Source of the DNA: Laetmonice hystrix
Lineage: Eukaryota
Direction of reading: 5' to 3'
DNA length: 64,000 bases
Assembly: GCA_965235115.1 (NCBI GenBank)
Contig: OZ249445.1
Span: forward strand, 11,780,001-11,844,000
Below the pieces are notes generated by a model. It made no database searches. It had not been told where the DNA came from and saw nothing but the letters and a program-made list of their open reading frames with translations. Shown in pieces: positions 12,647 through 24,600 of this stretch (position 1 is its first letter; the number at the start of each line of letters is the position of its first letter). A program made the translations under genes and the position numbers.

Positions 12647-15600
12647 GTGAGAATGCCGCCAAAAAGAAGCGAAGGGGTAGGTTTTCTACATTTGTTTAGT
12701 TTCTACAGGGGGCAGTGCTATAGTTTCGTTTGATTTGTTTGTTTGGGTCAGGTGCACGCTTTATTGTGTTGCGTGGTGAAAACAGGAGGCGGGCTATGCC
12801 ATCGGCTGATGCGACCAACACTATTGGTTTTGATAGGCGACCGTCTGGCTCTATGGGTTCATAGGACAAAAGATAAATGCCAAGTTGAGGGATATGATGG
12901 CTTCAGACCTGGCTGTGCTTTCAATGACGATATATGAAGGCTAGAAAGGGGGAGTTATCGGGGGAGCAGCCCGGGTATTGAGCAGGCGGACCCTCAAAGG
13001 CCGGCCGACCCCGAGGGGACAAACCCGGGCAACGCCTTGCGCTTTGTTGACGTCCCCCAGCCATCAGGTCCTATCGGATTTAGCCGGGCCACTTTGTCCT
13101 AAACAACACCAACACCACCACAGCAGATTCTGTCGATAACACCAAATTCTGAATAACTTCGATTTATTTCAACTCGCATTTAAAGAAGTGGTAAGCATGA
13201 GATTATTTGATCTCGGAGATTTGGCGCGAGCGTGAAGGGCAGAGTGTATCCGACCATCCAGTGCTTTACGAGGCTGTATCAGTCAAACTGAGATGGGACG
13301 AATACGTGTATGTAATGAGATGTGAAGTCGGGCGTCGATCGCCTGCCGGATCCGATACCCATTACCACAGCTGAGCGCTTGTTTTGTGATGACGATCCAC
13401 GCTACCCTTAATGGATCCTGCCGTGTTGAAAATAGGCTGCCCTCAAAAGATTTCCGCTTAAAGGACCAAGGCCTCTTCGTGTCTAATAGGCCAAAGAAAA
13501 TACAATTTCTTATCGAGTTTATCACTTGACGTAATGCGGACTGTAGAGTGTTGCATAGAGAGGGGGGCCGGTGGTTGACGGACCTGTCCACCTATACGGA
13601 CGGCTCTCGGACGGCTAGGCTCGGATATTGGTATTGACTCCCGCCGTTTTACTGCTTAGTACGCGGTGGAATGTTGAAGGTGAAGGGCGACGTTGTGATC
13701 ACGTTGAGCCGGTGGTGAGGACCGTCCTACTATAGGCCAGTGCACCTATCCCCTCACAGCCATCAATATCCCACCCCACTCGGGCCACCCAGACTTCCCA
13801 CCCGCACAGCGGAGGCGGCTACTGCAGCCAAACCAATCCATTGGTACGGAGAATCACTACACAACATTCATCTATTGGTAATATTATCGATGTCGGCGCG
13901 ACAACTCTAGTTTACGACAGGTCGTGTCTGAGTCGCCTCAATCGAAAGTGACTTATCGCCGATCTGTGTCGCAGCAAGGAAACAGTGCTCTATACATGAC
14001 CGGCCGTGCTGGCTGTTGGTCGGGGAAGCGGACAGGCACGACTTGTAGCTCCGTGCGGCTCATTGCTTTTATGACACATTGCCGAGACAGGCGTATGGTG
14101 AAAGCAAATTGATTCTGCCACGACTACTCTGCCTACGCTACCATTATTGGTCTCATGCACCGTGGTCCGTGCAGCAGGCCGGCTCCAAGAGCCGCGTAGC
14201 GGAGGCAATCGGTTCAGTCTGATCGAGCCTGGGATACGCCGCCCCTATAGAAGGGGGCCGCGCCAGATTGCCTTGCCGTCAGTCCTGCGCCACAACTCGT
14301 TGGTGAAGGTACACCTCTTTGTGTAAGCATCACGTTCCCGGAGATCCTTGGTCGAGACAACAACCACCCGTATACTGGGCTGTGTTATATTCCTCATCAT
14401 AGGACCAGCTTACAACTACATAAAAGGATCACGCCACCCTACCTTAGGAACTTTAACATTCTCCATATATATTCATATTTCCGAAAAACGCACGGAGAGA
14501 CTTATGCACTCTTGTTATATAGTTTGATCAGTCCTTGCCGGATATTGGTGTGTTTGTTGAATCTTATACTTCGATGTTGGTCGTCAACAATCAACTCTAT
14601 TCACACTACACTTCTTTCTCCTTCCTTCACTTTGGCCTGAACAACACGAACCGAAGAACAAGGTGACTGTATTCCATATACTTGGGGGCTTTGCTCTTGT
14701 TCTATAATACCAATGAGTGTCTGGCATTGCGAGTTGTTACACTGACATATACTCATTGCGGTACATAGTGATCTATAAGCGGTCACCGGCTTTCCTTCGT
14801 TAACACTTTAACGCCTTGACTAAATTGGGTTTTTTTTCGGGTTTATGTTTTGATGACATGGGGATACTCGCCGTAGACCGTCGAACTTTGCCACTTATAT
14901 ACTTATATATTAATTTATATTGTGTATATCATCCCAGTAACAGTAGGCTATACCTATGGGCCATGCGTGAAGCACAATACTGGTTAGCGCTGTCTATATT
15001 TTTACATGGATTACCTTTACGATTACTCGGCTCACCAAGAAGCCACATCCCCCTTCAACTGAAACTACCACCTAATTACCCCAGAAGTGTCCCAATCCTT
15101 CAGTTCCCAAAGACGTTTCGAGTGGCGCAAACAACAACTTGATCTAAACGTGTATTAGTGAAAGAAATTGTTTGTAGAGATCTTGGTGTGAGGGCAATTG
15201 GGCCGGGCTTTTGTCTGCTGATCACATTGTTTCGGCCACTCTTCGCTACAAAACCGCTCTTAGACAGTCATTGTGCTATGAAGTAAACCCTAACGGTAAC
15301 TGTTAGCGGGGGGCACGTGGGGCCGTACTTCAGCCAACGTAAGGCTTTGTGTACCTATAGACATCAGTTGGCCTCCTGCATGGTGCCTTGCGCGCATCTG
15401 TCCCCAAATAACTATTTTATATATTTATCAACATTCATATCTATATAACAAAAAATGGGCGTATATGTTTGGCCTAACCTCAATACGGGCATTCTGATTC
15501 TATGTCTGGGCGAATCCATTATGGTATAAATGGAGGCAAGTTCAATGAAAAACCTTCACAGCCCATCAATCATGCTTAAATTATTAAACACACTTTCAAT

Positions 15601-18600
15601 GTAGTGTTGGTCGAAACTGCATGCGAATAGAGGTATTATATGTTACTGCATGTATTTTGTTCATTCCCCAAATGGACTACTGTTGACTGCACGCTGGTAG
15701 AAAAGCAAAACATTATCCGCCAGAATCTTTGCTTGACAAATAATATATGAACGTGTTCGATACATTTCACTTCGAACATTTCATTATTATGTACGGAATA
15801 CGTATAAAAGCTACATTTATGCCTGCCATAAAAAGGTGGAGAGAAAGTCCTGATTATTATCCTGATTTTTCCGTATGTCCTACTTACGCCGTACCATTTG
15901 TCTGTTCTTGTCCACAGGGCACAGCGGGGTGAACCAGTTGGGCGGGGTGTTCGTCAACGGACGGCCGCTGCCGGACTCGACCCGGCAGCGAATCGTCGAG
16001 CTGGCGCACTCCGGGGCGCGGCCGTGCGACATCTCGCGTATCCTCCAGGTGTCCAACGGCTGCGTGTCCAAGATACTGGGGCGCTACTACGAGACCGGCT
16101 CGATCCGGCCACGCGCCATCGGAGGCTCCAAGCCGCGGGTCGCCACGCCGGAGGTGGTCGGAAAAATCGCGCAGTATAAGCGCGAATGCCCGTCCATCTT
16201 CGCATGGGAGATCCGCGACCGGCTGCTCTCCGATGGTGTGTGCAACCAAGACAACATCCCGAGTGTGAGTATGACTTCTTGTATTATATCCCGCACACAA
16301 CGACTGGTAATACCGCAGTCTTTACGCTCGACTCCGACTTCTGGCAGTATTGAATTACACGTCAAGGCCATCAACAAGCCTCAAATCCAACAATTATACA
16401 TCTCAAGATGAGTTGATATACTTGGTGAATTCTTCAATGTTTGGGGGTCAGCGTATTACCCGGTGTCATCTGTCGTGTGCACTCCATGTATCTACAAGTG
16501 AAGTACTGTTGGTTTGGAGATATATCTACAGGAACATTACCGTTCCCTTTGACAGTATTCACTCAAGGGGTGGTTTTAGTTATGACCTAAATGTTGTTGT
16601 AGCACTTATCTCTGTATACCCACCATTCATACCGACCAATCATTAGGTCTGTATTAGAGAGATATGTAGTTTGTATTCGGTCCGTTAATTGGCAGTTGAT
16701 GACACCTGTCCTTGCCGACCACATCACGGGCCACATATTGGCGATCTCACCACCCACCTCTTACATCACATCACGTAACCACACACACCTTGAATTATCC
16801 ACCAGTTGAAAGAACACGTTACGTAACTCCACCACCACAGTCCTTCCCTCCGTCCTCGCTAATTGGTGCTTGGCAATCGGTTTATCTCTCAAACATCACG
16901 TATACTCCAATCAGTGCATTATAATTCGGCAATGAATATATAAATACGAGACACACTTGCTACCCTAGACGTCCTTCCCCTCCGACTGTTTGCCACCATC
17001 TGCCCGTGTGCCCTAAACCAAGAAACCTTTTACCCAACGCTACCGCTGACTGTTACATACCGTGCCTGCATACAACTGTTACTACCTAGGTCCTACATAC
17101 CCACCTGCCCGTGACAATATCCGTATATTGGTTGCTATCCATAAAAATATTCATAATGTACGTATTTATTCTCTATCGCCCTGTCGTCCAGGGCGTCGAC
17201 TTCTAAACTATCTCACTAATTTTCAGGCAAATATCTTATTTGACTGCTATAATACTCATTGTGCGATAAAAACACTAATTTCGTCGTTATATAAGATTTG
17301 TTTCTGAATACCTAACATTTAACGTGTACGAAGTATTTAAAATCTCACTTTATAACGTATCATTTTGTTGGTTACCAAGGATACGCTCCCTGGTCAGTAT
17401 ACAGGTCAGCGGGGTAAGCCTGTGCTTTTTGGTAGTGTTGATAACATACCCTTCTCCTGGTTCAAATAACCATGGAAACGAGAGCAGGGGGAGGCCATGG
17501 TCTATATTTAAAATCCTGGGGATGAAGCGTCAGAGGCCAGCCATCCCCAGCTGTCGCTGACAAGCGTCAGCTCTAAAAACGAGATGTTGGCTCGATCCCA
17601 TTTATAGCGTCAGCCTATCCTGTTCTATAGCCAGGGGTGTTGGCTGGTAAGTTGGCTGGTTGGTGTGCCCGGAAATGTACAAGAAGTCGTCTACAAGATC
17701 CAGGCACTCGCGCCTTAAAGCAGAACAGCAAACGGCGTCGATAGCAAGGCGTCCCCGGCTCCCATCATTTCGCACGGGTTGAAAAATGGGTAGAACACCG
17801 GCTGACTGACAAATAGAGCAGAGATGCAGGCCACTTCTCTCTCTCCGTCAATGTGTGTGTGCTCTCTTTTTCTCTGTGTCTCACACACAGATACACACCC
17901 AAACACACACACATGAGCGTGCAAAACAGGCAGAAATTCACAATCACGCTTACGGCGATGCCGATGTTCGGAAATCAGAATGTCTGAACATTATCGTTAA
18001 ATTTGCTTTCAATTTGCTGCGCAGCTTTGTCCCAGGCCGGGGGGCTTTGTAAGGGGTTGCAAAGGGCGGCTGAAGACAACTGTGGGGCAAATGATGCGCC
18101 CAAGGAACCCCTACCGTGTCAGTGTTTCCAGCCTGTGTGTCCGATTAGCGCATCTGCCGAGCGCCGCCCTGTACCATTATGGGCCGCCAGCAGAGATGGA
18201 CAATCCCTACCAAATGTTGGTCGGTTGGCTCGGAAAGAGATATTATAGTTAGGGCGCCCGGACTGGGCGTCCATCTGCCCCTGGCGACAGGAAGGCCAAA
18301 TTGGGACAAATGTTCACATATAGACAAGCCCGTAATTATCGACTCATTCTTGACATCGGCCATCTGAGATTGAATTTTCACGTATGGCGCGATCAGCATG
18401 CTGTGTTCTAGGGGGCAAAACACAACGGGCGTCGGCAGAACATAGACGCTTATCCGGCACGGGGCGCTTATAAGAGGCGCCGGCCAGGGTTGGGAGCTGT
18501 CATCGGAGGCGCTAAGCCACTTGGATTGAGAGGTCTGCCCCATGTTCGCCTTGAATTAATCAAGGTTTATATACAAGGTATCAGTACAACTATCTTGTCA

Positions 18601-21600
18601 TATCACACAACGGCCGTGGTGTCCCGCAAAGGAAGACAGCTGCACTCAGATGGCCTACTGCTAGTTTCGGAGGAGGCTTCAAAGATGGCCAGCACAGGCC
18701 CTAACAGGTCTTTGTGTGCTTTATCCGGTAAAGCCGGGCCATCGCGCAGCAGAGGCCGGGAAGCCTTGACAACAATGTGCCTCAGATGCCGGTGACAGGA
18801 AGACAGTGGAGGCCGTTTGAGGGAGGCCAGCACACAAACAAGACGTTTACTGTCATGTGGTCGACTCAAAGCAACCATAGGGCACGCTCGGCCCTGTCCA
18901 CGTCTCTGCTTGTAGCGGCAGTCAACCATGTTCTAGGCGTACAACATCAGTCGGGTAAATATAAATCTAGCCACAAAGGGTATAGAAAGTTTTTTTTAAA
19001 AATTCAACCTCCAAAATATGTTAAATATAATGATGACAAGAATGTTTATAAGGTATATGCGTTTATCCTATATACACCGCTCAAACAGCCTTATAATACT
19101 AGCAGGCCCCTAAAATATACGATTCCTTTTATGAGGTTACTCAACGTCTAGACGTACATAATATATTGATTTTGAGATGCACCTTATCCTTGAGTATGAA
19201 CCAAATATAGATTGATTATATGTCATCTCTTGCCCCTCCCGAGCCACCTGAGACTGGCGGCCGAGTGTTGCCCTCCCCGCCCGGCCTGCAGGACGCCCGG
19301 CCGGCTGGCTCGGCCGGTCGCGGGAACCAAAGGGTCTCAGTGAGCGGCACACTTGCAGCACTGTGCCGCGTCATCATCAACTTATCGGTAGAGGTGTCAT
19401 CAATTCATATCAGTGTCGACTCTTGCTGTAGTTCATTTACCACGACCGCCAGATAGAAATTCTATTAGAGGCCCCACGCCTATTGAGGAACAGTCGACGA
19501 ATCTAGCCGCGGCCTGTACTGTATCGTTGTAGTTATTAGTCGTAGCGCGTCCGGGCCAAATATCTTCATAATGGGAAGGAGGCAATCTTGTTGGTCGCAG
19601 CTTAGACATTGCTGGTCGCTCTGCCAGCACACCGAGTCGTAATCCGGCTACCCGTCGGGATGAAGGACGTCTTTCAGAATGGGATAATGAAAGTCCAAAT
19701 ATTTGCGACCCCAATTACTTTATGCCTGCTTCAGTAGGAATATTAATTTTCGTGAATGTCAGTACGTGATTGTGATCGCAGCCAGTAGGACCAGATTAGC
19801 TTGCTGTCGTACTGCATCGCCTACTTAAAACTTAATATCTTTCCGCGTCCACTCTCCTCATACACTTCTAATGCGATTTCGGTGCGTTTGGACATATACA
19901 ATATATTCTGAAGCAAGACGTGAGCGCTTCCTATGGCGGCGTTGGATTCGTCATAAGAGGATAAGCAGCGAGTGGATCCGGTAACCCAATCTAGTACAGA
20001 CGGGCGTGGATCGATGCCATGACAACAATACCCCGGGAACGCCGGCTCCTTGTCCAATTGGATCCTCTGTCCAGTCTTTATATGGAACTCGGGCCCTAGA
20101 GAAGTCGAAATACGACCAGCCCTAGCGCCATTCGATTCGCATTCTGCAGGCCGCGCTATAAAGTGTGTTTGTAAACTCTGTAATCGCTGCCGATACAAAG
20201 AGATGAGATACAATATTATTGAGTGGCATTCATCATAACGTGATATTTTTCGATGCGGCTTTTTCTTCCGAGATAGTTTTAAAGGAGTGGTGGGAATTCT
20301 TAAGCTATCTTGTGGTGGTTTAGCTGTTCTTTTATCGTCACCCGATATCGTTGTGGTCGACTAGAAATTCGATTATAACAAACATAAAACGACTCGTCGT
20401 GCATATGCACAATGGCACACGCCGTCAAAAAAGAAGTCGCGCTGGGAAAAGCAGCATTTGCCTATAATGCCGAAGTCAATATTCCTTCAAAAGGCGGTCT
20501 AGCTGTATGAGAACAGACAGTTGAGAGGACGGTTTCTCCGCGCTATTCTAATCATTCCATTAGAGTATCATGAGTGCTTCGAGATATTCAACGCGGATAA
20601 AAAGCGCTCGATGACTTCCACAAACACTCTGATGGGCTGGCGATTGCAATATAATGCAATCCCGAGTGCAATAATATCGCCCACTTGTTCGCCTAAAGAG
20701 AGGTTGTGTTTGCCTAGTAGAGGTCTACTTGCCGTGTGTTTACCCTCAATTGAAGGTTGGGTTATTCTAACAGCGGGCTCAAGTATTGGGTGGCAGGCTA
20801 TGGAGTGTTTGGGGAACGACCCACCAGACGGGGGCCTTCCCCAAATCTACGCGGTATACACTCCTGTCTCGGCTTCGGTCGGCTTTATACCACCTACCGC
20901 CGGGTGTGTACGTCCAACATTCAACACTTACTACCAAATATATCTTCAATGTCAAAGAAGGTCAATTACAATCTGCACAAGAACTTATTTGACCCTTGTT
21001 TGATATAAAACCAGCTGAACTCGAGTTGATGAGTAATGTCAAGAGGAGCAGCTGAGCTGGGATACTGTGGCGAGAGCTTTAAGAGCAGCATCATTGAGCT
21101 ATTACTCGAGACATCCCAGGAATCTATGTCACCGACAGCCGCATCAATGACCGCAGTCGATGCCAAGATGGCGCCTTATCAGGTTCGCCTGTCTTCATTG
21201 TCGTCTGCTTCTCCTGAAATCATTCCCCAATTATCGCTCAGTGGATACGATTACACCACACGACAATCGGGTCAGTTTTCATGCTCGGTGGAAACAGCTG
21301 TAGAGGCCGTTTGCCCCCCACACGTACAGTGGCAGGTGTTCCGTATAGCTCAATGTGGGCCAAGTTAGTGGACATCAGACGGGATGGTTCCCGCCAAACC
21401 GACCTGATGGGCCTGACCAACGAATCACTGCTATACTACTCTACAGCTGTACGCTTTGTGTTGAGATGTTTATTGGACATCTTAAATCCTGCAGTGGTTG
21501 TTGTTCTTTCTTTATCCATTTCACGTCGCTTTGAGACGTGATTTAGCGAAAGTCTAGTCGTTTAGAATACTACTTGAGCAGCATGCAATCTCATATTTTT

Positions 21601-24600
21601 AGACACTGAAAACGGGTTTTGTTTGCAGAAAAAAAAACATAATTATTCTGAGTGTCCATAATATCTGTGAGAAGATTTTAGTTTTTAACTAGCCACACGG
21701 TCCTACCCTAGCGCTCAGTTGCCAGGGCGGGTGAGCGGAATGTAGGTTGTCCACCCCACACGCGGCGAGTAGGCCGCTATCTCGGGCGGGGACCGTGGGG
21801 GCCGTTTTGTGAGGCGAGAATCAATCACTGTAAAGCTAGGCCATAAATCAAAATTTGTAGCGGGCTAATAGGATTTTGGTGGACGAAAACACACCCTGTA
21901 GGGCAGGACTTTATCAAAAGCTGTGGATTTATCGTTAGTTTGATGGTGCTTTGTGCAGGAAGAGGCGATGTCGTTTCCGAAAGCCCGGTATTGCAGCACG
22001 ATTCGATTTATCCGTGCATATCGTTATAAAATAGGTCCCCCACGTTATGTATGCAACTGTGTCATCTAAAACTGGGAGTCTGTTCTTACCCCTAGAAGAA
22101 AAATATAGACCTTTTTCCTACTAGGATGTGCCTATACTCAAAATAATAAATAAATTCAGGATGATTGCTCTAAATTTCACTTTCGTACGTATACAGATCT
22201 ACATGTATAACAAACATAACGAAAACTGCGACGCTAAAATCTGTTACTCATATTTTGGGTAACAGATTTTAGAATAATAGAATCCGTTAGAATGCTAATG
22301 GTTATCGTCTTGGCCACGACTAGCATAATAAATTAGATACAGACGTGTCGGCACCAGTTTCCATGTTGACCCATATTCTGGTCTGGCACAATTTGTATTC
22401 CCTATTCCAAGGTTTTTAAAAGCGCCATTATCCTCTTTGAGAAAAACATTTACCGGTAATGATAATTAAACATATTCTTCAGATTAATCCTTCGTAAGAA
22501 CTGATAAGCAGGTTGGCGCATAATATATATAAAGCTCTCTTTCCCATGGAAATCTATAGAGGCTCTTTTTAAAAAATCGTTATTCTTGGGCTTGGGTCTG
22601 AAGGTCTGATATAAATTAAGTTTAGCCTCTAGAATAGATCATTACAGGAAGGCTTCTCCTGGAGGGTTTCAACTTGATTGTCAGCTGCGTCTCGGTTGAT
22701 GTGCTCCTAACGGAAATTTAAGGAGGTCGGGGCTCTGTCTTGTCAACGTCTTCATAACTCACTCGTCGAAGTTAACACGCCAAGCTGACCCTGCGGCCCA
22801 CCCTGTCGGGCTGTCCAATACCGCAACTAAGATGAAGCCAAGTTGAGCAAATCCGAGAGATTTTAAAGGCGGTGTGCGGAGACTTAATCAAATCGCTTGA
22901 CGGTTTATTATTGTAGTTTACGCCGCTGATGAGTCTCCCGTCGACTGCAGTGCGCTAATGACTGACATGATTAAATGCATAACGATGAAGCCTCAAAGTG
23001 AATCTATCTGACTGTTCTGTCGTCCGGCTTTTCTGTGACGTCAGGCGGGAAGAACGCCGACTACATTACGCTCGCACTCAGTGAAGCCGTCTCTGACACC
23101 CTCGGAAATGACAGGCGTAATTAGACAATTACTTTTAGCGTCGGCTCTCGTTGGTATGCACCTCTAAAATCTGGCTGCCGCTGGAATCTCGGAGCTGCGA
23201 TATCGCCGTTTTCCATTAGTATTTCCCGTGTGGGTCCTGTCAAAAGTAGTCGGACCCGCCCGTCTGGTCGGGCCGCCAATCCTCAGTGGCCCTTATCGGT
23301 GTTCTGCAATATTTGCACAAATTGTTTCTCGGCAGAATGTCCCGTCATAATGATATTTTCCGCATTCCCACCACACCGGGAAATAGATTTCGGAGACGTC
23401 ACCGGGCTTCCCTTGGGAAAGCCCTGCCTGCCATATTTCAACCCCCGTTTTTGTTATGATCATTATGCGCCCGGTCCATTATTAAATGGAGCGCGTCTAG
23501 GGCACGTGTTAGGTCGGCGGCGCGCGTTGACGCCGAACGACGAGTGATGACATCCCAATGTCAGTGGTTGGACACGGTACATCAATAATGCTAATGCCAA
23601 CGTATTGTTACCGACACCCAGACGGCAAAGACAACAGTTCCATGTATACAGGAGCCCCGGGCTGGACGTCAATGAACTCTATCATCCTTTAGCAGCCTTG
23701 TCAGCCACATTTACTCTGCTACACATAAAACTGCTCCTCTCCCGGACACCCCCTTTCTTTAATTCCCTGGACAGTATTACTACTACTTATTTATAACACG
23801 AGGAGCTCAGCTCAAAAATCGAAGACGTGCGTAGTTTTTCTTTATGTCTACTCGTGCCCATACATGCAGGACACGCAACGGTTGGGAAGGTTTGAAACCC
23901 TCGTTGACTGTCACCGTGTGAAATCTGGGCCAGCCTGGCCACCCCTTCTTCTTGCCAACCAATTGTCTTGCTGTTCACCTAGGCGTGAGAACCACCCTAT
24001 GGAAGTGGCGTTCACCGACACTGTCTGAGCTTGTGTAATATTTGAAGAGCGGACAAATGGGCGAAGGAAGGGCGCGGACCAAATGGTGATTGATATGCTA
24101 TTGCCAGGCAAGACGCGCTGCTGACAGCTGTAGAGATGAGGGAGAGAGAAGAGAGCATAACCTCAATCGAGAGATGCTGCTAGGGAAGCTTCCTTCCTAG
24201 CACCTCCTACCCGCACTTTGACGGGCTTAATTTGTTTACGTCGCGGCCTCGATTGATTAATATCCTTTTGATGTAGAAAACCATTGTCATGCACTTCATG
24301 ATTTTAAATACGAGGGTTGATTTGGATGCTGAAAGCATTACAGACTAAAGGTGCAAACCGACGTATATAATGCGCCGCAGCATTCTGACATTTCTGGTAA
24401 CATATAGCATGAAGAAAGGAGCCTTCACCTTTTGAAAAAAAAAATCCGTTAAATTACAATTTTATCCAACGTCAAACTTTAGACACTTTCTTTGGTTAAA
24501 ATAGCAATATTTTACACGAATGGGTTAAGATCTATTGTAGACAAGACAAAGCATTTATTTGATTTGCTAAAATCCGCTCTTTCACCATTTCTAGTGCAGA

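Noticed and set aside
15880-16377. Antisense and alternative-frame ORFs over the paired exon
   Set aside because: Shadow ORFs expected from 87% GC3 coding sequence, with no recognisable motifs.
15875-16411. 178-aa ORF as a complete protein
   Set aside because: Only 15918-16264 is exonic; the flanks (MSYLRRT..., VSMTSCII...) are intron read-through beyond clear splice sites.
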